In this document: one piece after another, positions 24,044 to 37,142 of the stretch
Position numbering within the stretch: position 1 is the first letter of the stretch
Layout: each line of letters opens with the position of its first letter
Assembly: GCF_964188315.1 (NCBI RefSeq)
Contig: NC_135667.1
Coordinates: forward strand, 22,010,001-22,074,000
Reading direction: 5' to 3'
DNA from: Podarcis muralis
Lineage: Eukaryota
Length of the DNA: 64,000 nucleotides
Position numbers and translations under genes: made by a program
Notes under the pieces: model-generated
Databases searched by the model: none
What the model was told of the DNA's origin: nothing
What the model saw: only the letters and a program-made list of their open reading frames with translations

Positions 24044-24828
24044 CTGAAAAAGAAAATATTTGGTATTAATCAGGGAGAGCGAACACATATTCTGTAGAAA
24101 TTATGTTTATCTGAACTATGTTTTAATTGTTATTATTTAATATGCAATGGTTTTTGTATTCTAATGAACAACATATTAAATTTGATCATGAATTTTTCCT
24201 GTCTTGTCTGGTGAAAGCCCTATTAAGTAGTGTGTTTGGAGTTTTAACCGACACCTGCGAAGAACATTCTGTGTTAGAATACTATAATCTGTAAGCAAAA
24301 TAAGGCTAGGAGTTATGGCTATTTTGTGTAGTGTTGGAAGGATTTTTTAAACCTTGGTGTAACAGATAAAAACCTCTCATTTTAACTTCTAAACTAGATA
24401 GATATTATTTTCATTTTATTAAAATGCAAAGCATAGTAATTTTGAAAGTCCTCTCCTGGAACAAAAAGTTGCAATCCCTGTTAATAGATAAAAAAATAGA
24501 ACAAAAACTCTAAACTTTTTTTTTTAAATTTCCAATTATTTTTGTCTGTGCTGTTCTATTTAGGTTGGTCATGTATTCTCTTAATTTTTCATTTATTCCT
24601 TCTATCTCTGTAAATTTCCATTTTTATCACGTAAATGTATCTGTATCAGTGTGTGTTGTGTCAGATGAATAGATTGTGGGATCCAACTATCATAAAGAAT
24701 CGGTCTCCTGCTTTTGCAACAATTGAAGGATCTAAACACTCTTCAAAGACTGGACCAAGTTAAGTTCATTCCTAAAACTTTTTCTTTCAGGCTTATTGCC
24801 ATTGATGATAAGTCAGAAAATCATTTTT

Positions 24829-24873
<45 letters not shown>

Positions 24874-27800
24874 CTGTTTGTTTGAAGCTTGATCATACAT
24901 TTGGAAGTTATCTTCTCTGATAAACTGTTACTAGTACTGCCCATTATCTAGCTACTGTACAAAAGCCACTGTACTTAATACCCAACATATTTCCCTGACA
25001 GGGACTCTGAGGCAAATAATCACAGACACAAACCAGTTTCTTTTTCAGCAACTACCTACAGGTTTAATAAACATTTCAATCACATGCTAAACCTGGTATA
25101 TAGTTGTTAATTTGTAGGCACATTCCTATGAATTCCAGCTAAAGCCATTCACTTGTAAACTGTACAGTTTGTGCAGAATACTCACCCTCCTGAGCCGAAA
25201 TCTTCCCTTCTGGACATGGGATGCAATCATAACAGCAAAATGGCTCCCCATCTTTCACTCTTTTCCTAGTTCCGGGATGGCACCGCTCAGTACATAAGGA
25301 AAGAGGCTGAGACTAATCCATACACGAGAACCCAGAATAGTAATATTGAGAATTTTGAGATTAGAATATTTAAGGCAACTTTTAGGTGTACTTAAGTGAT
25401 GCTTTCTTTCAGGAATGTATCCCTAATTTTGCTGATCAACATGATAATTATAGTACAACAGACTGTTAAGAAACCATCTTTTGGAAAGGATGGGGTTGGT
25501 TAATGGCGTAGATTCTGATTTCATGAATACACAAAACAGACAAGATATAGAGTTTTGCTTTTTATACTTCCCCAAAACAACTTCTCAGTTAATATAGATA
25601 GGAATATCTTTGCCACCCTTCCATCCATCCATCCATTTTTAGTTTTTCTATTTTCTAAAAAGTTACAAACCAGACCATTGAGACTTACCTGGTTAAAATG
25701 GTTGGGCCAAGTTATGGCATCCCCATTGATGGTCAACTGTTGGTTGGGATCAACATTCCCAACCTTCACTCTATGAAATGATTGGTTTGAGGAAACAATC
25801 CAGTTGATCACATCAAATCCAGCCACTAACTCTCCATTCTCATCAAAGGAAATCTTGTCCCCACCACTGTTGTTAAAAGAGACACGTCTGAGAAAATTAT
25901 GTAGCTGGTTTGAAGAGGAGAAGGGAAGAGTTGAGAAAAGGCTGCAGTTGGATCGTTGATAGTAAAGTCATACCTTGTTTATGGTTTCTGAGTGAGAAAG
26001 TATTCATGATAAAGAAGCTCACTCTTTGTAATTCCAAAAAGGAGGAAGAAATTCTAATAAATTGACTTTAAAGCACGTTAGGTTCTGAAGGTTTGGTTTC
26101 TATATTTTTCAGAGTGTTGAAACACGGTTAATGTTTCAATAGTCAATAAGGTTAACACCATTTTAGTCTGGGTTGACACAGTCTGAGCCAACTTCTGACA
26201 ACAGAATGTATTCTTTTAAAAAAATAAATAAAAATGTGATTCAAAGGCCTAACTCATTAATGTATATGCACCCACTTGGAAGGTAGCATTAAAAATACAA
26301 CAACAAAAATAAGATGAACATATAGAAACCTATACCAAGGGTAGTAAATTTTAATAAAGATGGTAATGAAGAGGGCAGGGAGAGTTCTTATAAATTGACT
26401 TTAAAGCATGTTTCTGAAGTTTCTGAAACTTCTGTTTCTATGTATTATTCTTTTAAAATAATGTGACTTCAAGGGGCATACATATTCATGTAGATCTACT
26501 CCCAGAAGGCCTGGTTCAGGCTCATTAAGAAGAAGAGTTTGGATTTGATATCCTGCTTTATCACTACCCGAAGGAGTCTCAAAGTGGCTAAAATTCTCCT
26601 TTCCCTTCCTCCCCCATAACAAACACTCTGTGAGGTGAGTGGGGCTGAGAGACTTCAAAGAAGTGTGACAAGCCCAAGGTCATCTAGCAGCTGCATGTGG
26701 AGGAGCGGAGACGCGAACACGGTTCACCAGATTACGACTACACCACACTAGCTCTTTATTTAACAGAATGAATTAGATGCACCAAATTCATAACAGAATT
26801 TCTACCTATTAAAAAATATGGAGCAGGACATTCACTAAAACTGCCATTAGCCCCAGTCAATATAGTAAGAGTTCTGGGATGATGGGAATTGTAGTCAAAC
26901 AACATCTGGAGGGCATGACCAGTTGGGTGGACTTGGCGAGTTGAGAAAATCAAGCGAGTTGAGAAAATCAAACAGTAATTTGGAAACCATCCAGAAATTT
27001 AAGGGAGGAAAGGAAGAAGAGTTATTAAAGCGATATATGTTATATACCTTAAGATGGGAAGGAATTGGGGACACATTAAGGACACAAATTAAGGACTATT
27101 GTAGTACACTTATGGTGCTCTGCCTCTTGATAATGTTGAGCATGTTACCTGCCACAATTGTTGATTCTGGTACTTCCATCCACCTCTTCTTTCCATTACT
27201 TGATATTTGAATCTAGTTGAAGACATGTAATGCAAAGCATGGGCTACAGCGCAGACAGCATTGTAGATGCTGTAGCTGTGGCCATTCATGCTCATCTCAA
27301 AGAATGGAGCAGGAAGGTTCTCTAGTTTCTCCTCCCCAGTACAAATATTCCCCATCACATCTTCCACATTTGGATCTGCAAATACACAATCAAAGGCCTG
27401 TTGCCAGAAGTCTCTGATGAAACCATCACCTTTTGTGTTTAAAGGATTTTTGCTCTCAACAAATGCTTTGAATGCTGGTAGATCATTGGAATGGATTGTG
27501 AAGGACAGGACACCATGGAATATTTCTGTGTCCAAATTCTTTTGATATAGCTGTGAAGTGAGCTCCATTGCAGCTGTTGTTATCCACACTATACCTTTTG
27601 GTAGACTTGGTGGATATTCTGCAAAATACGGAATCCATCTCAAAATCAACATGGAATAAGAGTCACCATAAAACACAACCACACTGGCTGTACTATTCAG
27701 AAGTTCATTATGTATTTTTAATCCATATTCAAGAATTTCATCAAATTCAGTGGCAGACGTAAACATAGGGATTCTTTTTATAAAGTCAAAGCAGATACCC

Positions 27801-30800
27801 CTCTGGGAAAATTTTGGTAAAGCAGTCTGCAAAATCATTTCACCATTTTCATTATCCATTACTAGTACTCCAATCCATATCCATTTGAAATAAAGAAGCA
27901 AAGAGAGAATTCCTGTGTATTGAAGTGCTTGATGAGGAACCATCTGGTAGAAAGAAATTCCTGGGTTTCCATCTGTTTTCAATGGAGCAGAGCCATATAT
28001 GAGCTAAAGGAATTTTAGGGGAGAGAAAGAAAAGTTGTAATAATACAATGCATATTGCATATTAAAGTTTTCAAGAGCATTCATGGAAATAGGAAACCAC
28101 TGCTTTCACCTTTGCTTATGGAAGCCAACTATAGAATCTCATACAATTGAAGAATGCTAAAGTAGGGAATCAGCGCCTAGGACTTGCCGATCGAAAGGTT
28201 GGCGGTTCGAATCCCCGCGGCGGGGTGCGCTCCCGTCGTTCGGTCCCAGCGCCTGCCAACCTAGCAGTTCGAAAGCACCTTCGGGTGCAAGTAGATAAAT
28301 AGGGACCGCTTACCGGCGGGAAGGTAAACGGAGTTCCGTGTGCTGCGCTGGCTCGCCAGATGCAGCTTGTCACGCTAGCCACGTGACCCGGAAGTGTCTT
28401 CGGACAGCGCTGGCCCTCGGCCTCTTAAGTGAGATGGGCGCACAACCCCAGAGTCTGTCAAGACTGGCCCGTATGGGCAGGGGTACCTTTACCTTTTAAA
28501 GTAGGGAATCAAGAAATAAAAGGAACAACTGGCAAGTTTGGCCTTGGAGATCAAAATGAAGCAGGGCAAAGGCTAATAGAGTTCTGCCAAGAAAACAAGC
28601 TGGTCATCACAAACACTCCTACCCACAACAAAAGAGATGACTCTACACATGGACGTCTCTAGATGGGCAGCATCAAAATCAGATTGATTATATTCTCTGC
28701 AGCCAAAGATGGAGAAGCTAAATATAGTCAGCAAAAACAAGACCCGGAGCTGACTGTGGCTCAGATCATCAGCTTCTTATACCAAAATTCAAACTTAAAC
28801 TGAAGAAAGTAGGAAAAACCACTGGGCCGGTAAGATACAATCTAAATCAAATCCCTTATGAATACACAGTGGGAGTGAGGAACAGGTTTAAGGATTTAGA
28901 TTTGCTGGACAGAGTACCTGAAGAACTATGGATGGAGGCTCACAACATTATACAGGAGGCAACAACAAAAGCAAAGTGGCTGTCCAATGAGGCCTTACAA
29001 ATAGCTTGGGAGAGAAGTCAAGCAAAATGCAAGAGAAATAGAGAAAGATACAGGAAATTGAATGCAGATTTCCAAAAAATAGCAAGGAGAGACAAGAAGG
29101 CATTCTTAAATGAGCAATGCAAAGAAATAGAGGAAAACAACAGAATGGGAAGAACCAGAGATCTGTTCAAGAAAACTGGAGATATGAAAGGAACATTTCG
29201 TTCAAAGATTACCACAATAAAGGACAAAAGTGGCAAGGACCTAACAGAAGCAGAAGACATCAAGAAGAAGTGACAAGAATACACAGAGGAATTATACTAG
29301 AAAGATATGGATGGCTTGTACACACCAGGTAGTGTGGTTGCTGACCTTGAGCCAGTTATCCTGCAGTGAAGTCAAATGGGCCTTAGAAAGCACTGCAAAT
29401 AACAAGGCCAGTGGAAGTGATGGTATACCAGCCGAACTATTTAAAATTTTAAAAGATGATGCTGTTAAGGTGCTACACTCAATATGCCAACAAGTTTGGA
29501 AAACTCAGCAGTGGCCAGAGGATTGGAGAAGATCAGTCTACATCCCAATGCCAAAGAATGGCAGTGCTAAAGAATGCTCCAACTACCGCACAATTGCACT
29601 CATTTCACACGCTAGCAAGGTTATGCTTAAAATTCTACAAGGAAGGCTCAAGCAGTATGTGGACCGAGAAGTCCCAGAAGTGCAAACTGGATTTAGAAAA
29701 GGCGGAGGAACCAGAGACCAAATTGCAAACATGCGCTGGATTATGGAGAAAGCTAGAGAGTTCCAGAAAGACATCTACTTCTGCTTCATTGACTATGCAA
29801 AAGCCTTTGACTGTCTCAACCACAGCAAACTATGGCAAGTTCTTAAAGAAATGGGAGTGCCTGATCACCTCATCTGTCTCCTCAGAAATCTCTATGTGGG
29901 ACAAGAAGCTACAGTTAGAACTGGATATGGAACAACTGATTGGTTCAAAATTGGGAAAGGAGTACGACAAGGCTGTATTTTGTCTCCCTGCATATTTAAC
30001 TTATATGCAGAATTCATCATGCGAAAGGCTGGGCTGGATGAATCCCTAGCCAGAATTAAGATTATCGGAAGAAATATCAACGACCTCAGATATGCAGATG
30101 ACACAACCTGGATGGCAGAAAGTGAGGAGAAATTAAAGAACCTTTTATTGAGGGTGAAAGAGGAGAGCACAAAATATGGTCTGAAGCTCAACATCAAAAA
30201 AATGAAGATCATGGCCACTGGGCACATCACCTCCTGGCAAATAGAAGGGGAAGAAATGGAGGCAGTGAGAGATTTTACTTTCTTGGGCTCCATGATCACT
30301 GCAGATGGTGACAGCAGCCACGACGGCTGCTTCTTGGGAGAAAAGCAATTACAAACCAAGACTGCATCTTAAAAAGCAGAGACATCACCTTGCCAACAAA
30401 GGTCCGTATAGTAACAACTATGGTTTTCCCAGTAGTGATGTATGGAAGTTAGAGCTGGACCATCAAGAAGGCTGATCGCCAAAGAATTGATGCTTTTGAA
30501 TTATGGTGCTGGAGGAGAGTCTTGTGAGTCCCAAGGACTGCAAGAAGATCAAACCTCTCCATTCTGAAGGAAATCAGCCCTGAGTGCTCACTGGAAAGAC
30601 AGATCGTGAAGGTGAGGCTCCAGTACTTTAGCCACCTCATGAGAAGAGAAGACTCCCTGGAAAGACCGTGATGCTGGGAAAGATGGAGGGCACAAGGAGA
30701 AGGAGACGACAGAGCACGAGATGGTTGGATAGTGTCTTCGAAGCTACCAGCATGAGTTTGACCAAACTGCGGGAGGCAGTGGAAGACAGGAGTGCCTGGC

Positions 30801-32744
30801 GTGCTCTGGTCCATGGGGTCATGAAGAGTCAGAAACGACTAAACAACTAAACAACAACAACAACATTCCAATGCTCAAGTTAGGGATTCAAGGCTGAAAG
30901 AATATACACTGATCAATAGCCATCAAGTGGATTTATGACTGAGAGGAAAATGCACTGAGGTTTTCCTGGCTCAAAGTTTGCATCTATAATTGCTAGATTA
31001 CAGCAACACTCTCAGAGCAAAATTCTTATTGCCCAGTTAGGCACATTATTTGACCAATGGCAGCAGCAAAATAAGGAAATATGAAACAAACCCCAACCAA
31101 ATGCCAATCAGGTTGAGGGGGAAAAAATCATTTCCACCCAAACCCAAAATAGCACATTTAAACTCCTGAAATAAATTCAGTAACAAAAAGAAACAGCAGC
31201 ACTCACAGCATCTTAAAAACCATATCAGAAACAGGATCCTAAAACTCAGTTTGCATGTGAGATTCATAAAAAAGGAAGTCTCCATATTTTTAAGACTCAC
31301 ATTAATGTCTTGAAATAATAGTATAGGAAATGTGGAGGGTCACATAGAGGGAGGGAGGGAAAGAGAAAGCAGAGTTGACCTACCTGTGGAACCTTATAGT
31401 TTTTCAAGAGCGTCGCCACATTCATGGAAATTGGGGCATCCACTCCGCCAATGACTGCTATTAGATTTTTCTGTTGCTCACATATGTAGTTAGGGATAAA
31501 TCTCTCCTCTGTGGATAAAAGTAGCATTGTAGCATGATAAGTCCTCCTTGCATTGCAATAGCTGTCATAGATGTGGAAGCCCAAAGTGAGATTGTGTAAG
31601 AGGTGAGGGTTTTCATTGATCTCTTTGACTGTGAATGCCAAAGCCAGGATGTGCTGGTAATGCTTAGGGACTATGCTGAAAGAAGTGTGAGATTCTTTTT
31701 CAGAAGGATATTCCATACTTAGTTTAGTTATTACCAATGTGTTCTGTGCCTCTTTTATTAACAATCAATTATTACAGTATTTATACATAAGTTGGATATT
31801 AATATTAAAAAAAACTATGTAAGCAGTCACATTTACAATATAAAACTCTCCATTCTGATTAAGTTTTTAGATTTTTATCATTTATTTCATTATAAAGCTT
31901 ATTTGAAAATCGAGTTAAAATATAACAAAACAGATGGGATGGTGTTTATTTTTTAAAGCTGTCAGATGGAGCAGACTGAGGGGGCAACACTATGGTAAAA
32001 TCCACAAGGAGGAGGATTTTAGGATGCACTGGATCGTTGGATCAACCATGTTCAGTTGGCATTAAGTCCCCAACCCCAGTTCAGTTGAACATACTGTATA
32101 TCAGCATAACTTGATCATCTCAACCAAGCTGGTTTAAGACTGAAAAGGGGAGCATTCCAGGAGCAAGGCAGAGGTGGAATCAAAGAGCGGAGACTTTGTT
32201 AGATCCTAAGCATGTCCAGCTTGGTCATGTGACCTGGTAACCTGGCATAGTACATATTTTAAAAGCAGGTTTTCCCTAAGCCAGGCATGGACAGAATATC
32301 AGCAGGAGCCCTGCTGCCGAACAGAGTTCAGATCTGGAGTAACTTTATGCCACATTAATTTGCTGTATCTTAATTCCCACTAGCTTTTGGTGGATAGGAT
32401 TTCTCCCTATATTTTTTGTTCTTTAGCTGCAGCTCTAGCACAAATTATCTAAGTGGTAGTTTTTATTGTATAAAATAAATTAATACAATATTTGGAAAGA
32501 AAATCAAACAATAATTTAGGCCTTACACAAATAGATCTGTCAATGTTGGCAGGGGTTCTTCCCTGAAGACTTGTTCACTGGCGATGGCAGTAGCATGATA
32601 AGCAATTCCACCAATTATGAAGTCTCCTAATTGATGATATTTGTGAAGTGGAGGCTGTGGGTAATAGATATTGCACTGAACAGCATGAGTCTTGAATTCC
32701 ATGGGAGTAAGCAGATGCAGCAGCAAAATGACTACAACGACCAT
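23142..32744 (-). CDS. Vmn2r: V2R gene 3, complete, 869 aa, Y-type 7TM exon
   Basis: Exons 32744-32527, 31675-31384, 28003-27149, 25904-25689, 25312-25186, 24043-23142, in frame. Confidence 0.93.
24831..24872. repeat. (CT)n(GT)n microsatellite
   Basis: Direct. Confidence 0.97.
25186..25312 (-). CDS. Vmn2r: V2R gene 3 exon 5
   Basis: 127 nt cysteine-rich exon. Confidence 0.92.
25689..25904 (-). CDS. Vmn2r: V2R gene 3 exon 4
   Basis: 216 nt. Confidence 0.92.
26529..26754 (-). mobile_element. Paralogous copy of the same SINE insertion, gene 3 intron 3
   Basis: Same flanks as 1881-2100. Confidence 0.8.
27149..28003 (-). CDS. Vmn2r: V2R gene 3 exon 3
   Basis: 855 nt, open. Confidence 0.93.
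28152..30865 (+). mobile_element. Duplicate of the same 5'-truncated BovB insertion, gene 3 intron 2
   Basis: Identical junctions to 15703-18105 and shared internal lesion (SSHDGCFLG); contains a Sauria SINE. Confidence 0.94.
28172..28496 (+). mobile_element. Sauria SINE (Squam1), 5'-clipped, inside BovB
   Basis: ggacttgccgatcgaaaggttggcggttcgaatcc head, (ACCTTT)n tail, 14-bp TSD taaagtagggaatc. Confidence 0.92.
31384..31675 (-). CDS. Vmn2r: V2R gene 3 exon 2
   Basis: 292 nt. Confidence 0.92.
32527..32744 (-). CDS. Vmn2r: V2R gene 3 exon 1
   Basis: [20 protein letters not shown]...; 218 nt. Confidence 0.88.
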
Positions 32745-34250
32745 CCTCGGTACAGAAGTCTGAAGCCTGGAATATTCAAGAGCAGAGCTGTGAACTCCTG
32801 TCTTTTCTCAGTGCCACTCCATATCCCTGAATTGCACTGGATATATTTATGACAACCTTCACACTCTTTGCTCTCTGTTATGCTAACAGCCAAGGAAGTT
32901 CCCAGGGGTTTGGCTGAACATCATAATTAATGACTGTCCTTCTGACTAACTAATTGTGTCGTTAATTATTACGTTAACAACAATTCCTAAATGGAGGATG
33001 TGGAGTCCTTTAGGAATTAAGAAAAGTTGTTTGTCACATATTTTGGAAAGAAGATTTCCCTCACTCTTTAGTTAGTTAGGAAGGCATGGTGAAGTTTGGA
33101 ATGACCCACAGCATGAAGAGGACACTAGATTCAAATCTTTGTGGTAGGGGTTAGCAACAAGGTAGTCATGGATGCCTTATGCCTGTGTCTCCTTCCAATT
33201 GCATCATGAGCAGTCTCAATAAATGCTCCCTCATAAATCCACATTAAACAAGAGGATGTTGATCAGAATATAATGGGGGGGGCAGCTGAGAGGCATTAAT
33301 CCCCTTAATGCACCCCTTTTATCAGACAGCTATGAGTTTGAATGTCAATTATGAGACGCTTTGTAAGATGGACCTGTGATCCATCAAGCTATGGGCACTG
33401 ACAGAGCCCTATATGTATTCTTGTCTGGCTGTCAGCTGTTGTCACTTGCTTAAGGAAGGACAATCAGGAGAGAGTCTATCTAAATTCTCTATGGAGGAAG
33501 TTCCCAAGTCTGTGTGTAGCCACTGAGAAGGCCCTCTCCTGCTTCACTACCAAGTGAACCTGTGAGGGTGGCAAGAACTAGAAAAGGACTTCTCCCAAAG
33601 ATCTCAGAACCCGGGCTATTGAGGCCATTAACAGTGCACATAGGGAGGCAGATTATATGAATAAAAGGTGACTCTTTCAAATAAAAATTCTTCAGTGCAA
33701 AAATATGGTCCAAAGGTTTACTACACAACTTTACTCTGAAGCAACGTGAAACAAATAAAGTTACATTCAGATAGTTGAATAATGTCTTATACTTGTCCAA
33801 GCATAGCACACTTGGATTCCAAATATATATATATTCAAGTGCTAAAATTCCAAGCTTTGTCTTTCCTCCATTCCAGTCTCCATTAGCCTGAGGCTCTTTT
33901 CTTGGAGATAGATAAGCATATGCATAGACTTGTAATACTAGAGCTTCCATGTGATTCTAAGCTAAACACCTTGTGATGGACCTAGATGAGACTTAGCCCC
34001 ACTTAATCATAAACTGCTAGACTCTTCTCTCTTCTTCAGCTTCAATAGAAGTTTCCATGCTATGCTTCACAATCTAAATACCAACACATTACAGATTTAT
34101 TTTCCATTTCAGTGTACAATTAAACAATTTTATTTAACACAGGAGCTCGCAATATATAAAAGGAAAGACGTTAACATAGCAGAACAAGCCAATTTTAACT
34201 CCTTGTCTGGTGAGCACTCTTTATGCATGCATTCTATGCACTCAAATTCT

Positions 34251-35152
34251 TCAGGTCTTATTTCTTATTAGATGTTCCCTTTCATTCAACTCAGGCCGCA
34301 ACACAATTATGTAGCATTTTGGGGCAAAGATGCAACCCAGCAGACCAGCACCGGATGCTAAGATAGAAAAGATCTCCACAGCTACCATGTATTTTCCCTT
34401 TGTACTGAGGTAGGTTGGAACAAAAGACACCCAAACACTGCAAAAGACCAACATGCTGAAAGTGATGAACTTCGCTTCATTGAAACTGTCAGGTAACTTC
34501 CTGGCAAAGAAAGCTACAGTGAAGCTGACAAGAGCCAGGAAGCCCATGTAGCTCAAGACAGAGTAAAACATAGTCACAGAGCCCTCATTACATTCCAGTA
34601 CAATTTCTTTAGAGATTGAGTGCATGTCAACATCTGGAAATGGGGGCGAAGATGCCAGCCACACAGTACAGATGCCTGTTTGAATAAAGGAACAGGAAAC
34701 CACAATGGCAATAGCCAGTCTCTTCCCCACCCAGTTCCTCATCCTGGATCCTGGCTTGGTGGCCATGAAAGCCAAAACCACTGTCATGGTTTTTGCCAGC
34801 ACACAAGAAACAGCCACTGAGAAGATAATGCCAAAAGCCGTCTGTCGGAGGAGGCATGCCACAATTCCAGGTTGTCCAATGAATAGCAATGCAGACAGGA
34901 AGCAGAGGAGGAGAGAAATTAGCAGCATATAAGTGAGGTCTTTGTTGTTTGCTTTGACAATGGGTGTGTGGTGGTGCTTCAAAAATGTTCCCAGGACCAG
35001 AACTGTGAGCACAGAAAAGGTAAAAGCAAAGCAGGCTAAACTGATGCCCAGAGGTTCCTCATAGGACAAAAAGGTTGTTTCCTTGGGAATACACATATCC
35101 TGATTATTATTTGGATATTTTTCTTCTGAGCATATATTACACTCGTTCATGT
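34251..35152 (-). CDS. Vmn2r: V2R gene 4 exon 6 (7TM, X type)
   Basis: ORF 34251..35150, class C 7TM motifs. Confidence 0.95.
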
Positions 35153-37100
35153 CTGAAAAAGAAAATACGTGGTCTTAATCAGGGAAAGTGAACACATATT
35201 CTGTAGAAATCATGTCTACCTGAATAATGTTGCGCCCAAGGGCCCCAAGCCCTTTCCCAGTAAATAACTTCAAACAGACACATAATTTTAGTTTTAAAAT
35301 TTTCAGCAAAATTTAGGCCACAACTTTATTGAGTGGTATTGCCTAGGTGGGAAGCGGGTGGCGCTGTGGGTTAAACCACAGAGCCTAGGACTTGCCGATC
35401 AGAAGGTCAGTGGTTCGAATCCCTGTGACGGGGTGAGCTCCCGTTGCTCGGTCCCTGCTCCTGCCAACCTGGCAGCTTGAAAGCACCTCAAAGTGCAAGT
35501 AGATATATAGGTACCGCTCTGGCGGGAAGGTAAACGGTGTTTCGTGAACTGCTCTGGTTCGCCAGAAGTGGCTTAGTCATGCTGGCCACATGACCCGGAA
35601 GCTGTATGCCGGCTCCCTCGGCCAATAAAGCGAGATGAGCGCCGCAACCTCAGAGTTGGTCATGACAGGACCTAATGGTCAGGGGTCTCTTTCCGTTTAC
35701 CTTTATTGCCTAGGCATTGTTCAGGGATTATAACTGAATCCTGCCTCTCTGGTTGGCAGTCTTTAAGGGTAAACACCAAATGAGGGAGCAACATTGGTGA
35801 AGATCGATTGAAGCTCATCCCGGTGTTCCTGTGGTCTTGGCATGGCCCTAGCCCCTTAAGCAGACTTCGGAAGAGATCCAGGACCCCCAGATTCCTTTAC
35901 CAGAATACCCTATTTCTGGAGGTGCAGGTGATGGCCACACCTCCCTTCCCACACATTTCTATAAACCAATGCCTAACCGCCAAACCTTACAAAGTTGTGG
36001 CGATGGCTAAGGGGGTAGGCGAATACCAAGTGGCTAAAGCAAATCTGCCAAATGGAAAAATTCCAACCCATCCCCTGCTCCAAAGCAGGCGACCCAATCC
36101 AAAGCAAGGCCAAAACAGTAGCACCTAAAATAGGTAGGGAGGGTGTTCAGCAGGGTGAAGCAAGTGCCCCACCCCCATTGTGCTGCCACATTTATAGGTT
36201 CCTGGGATCATGCCACTCGCCCCAATTGGCCCAAACAGCCAAGCGCGATCCTGGGGCCCAACAGACAAGGTTTGGGCCACGCCTAGCAACAACACACCCT
36301 GTGGGGGTGGCTTAAGGGTCCCAAGCACAACCAGGATCCTCGATTTAGGAGGATCACATTTTAATGGCTATTTTTTTCCATGTGTAGTGATATTTGTATT
36401 CTAATATACAATGTCATACATTTGAATACAAAAGTTTTCTGTCTTGTCTGGCGAAAGCCCTATTAAGTGGTGTTTGGAGTTTTAAATGACATCTGCGAGG
36501 AACATTGTATGTTACAATAATCTGTAAGCAAAATAAGGCTAGGAGTTATGCCTATTTTGTGTGGTATTGAAAGTGTTCTTTAAACCTTGGTGTCACAGAT
36601 AAAAACCTCACGTTTTAACCACTAGACTAGATAGATATTATTTTCACCTTATTAAAATGCTCAAAATTATTCACATAGCAAAACGCAAAGCATAGTAATT
36701 TTGGAAGCCCTCCTCTACTGGAACAAAAAGTTGCAATCCATTTTAAAGTTAATGGATTAAAAAATAGAGCAAAAACCCTAAACTTTTCTTTTTATGAATT
36801 TCCAATTATTTTTGTCTGTACTGCTCTGTTTAGGTTGGTCATGTATTCTGCTCATTCTTCATTTCTTCCTTCCATCTTTGTAAATTTCCATTTTATCATG
36901 GAAATGTATCTGTAGCATTGTGTGTTGTGTTAGATGAATAGATTGTGGGATCCAACTATCATAAAGAATTGGTCTCCTGCTTCTGCAAAAAATCAAAGGA
37001 TCTAAACACTCTTCAAAGACTGGACCAAGTTAAGTTCATTCCTAAAACTTTTTCTTTCAGGCTTATTGCCACTGATGATAAGTCAGAAAACCATTTTTGA

Positions 37101-37142
<42 letters not shown>

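Noticed and set aside
28170-28260. tRNA-like sequences (also 35350-35430, 56320-56400, 3030-3102, 63720-63780)
   Set aside because: These are SINE heads with A/B boxes followed by SINE bodies, tails and in some cases TSDs; not tRNA genes.
29311-30372. 353-aa RT ORF as an active retrotransposon gene
   Set aside because: Element is 5'-truncated, has stops upstream and a frameshifting lesion downstream.
10171-33000. Possibility that genes 2 and 3 are a false duplication of two haplotypes
   Set aside because: They differ by a private SINE, a 1188-bp deletion, many substitutions and different conversion tracts. Long-read coverage would be needed to exclude it fully.
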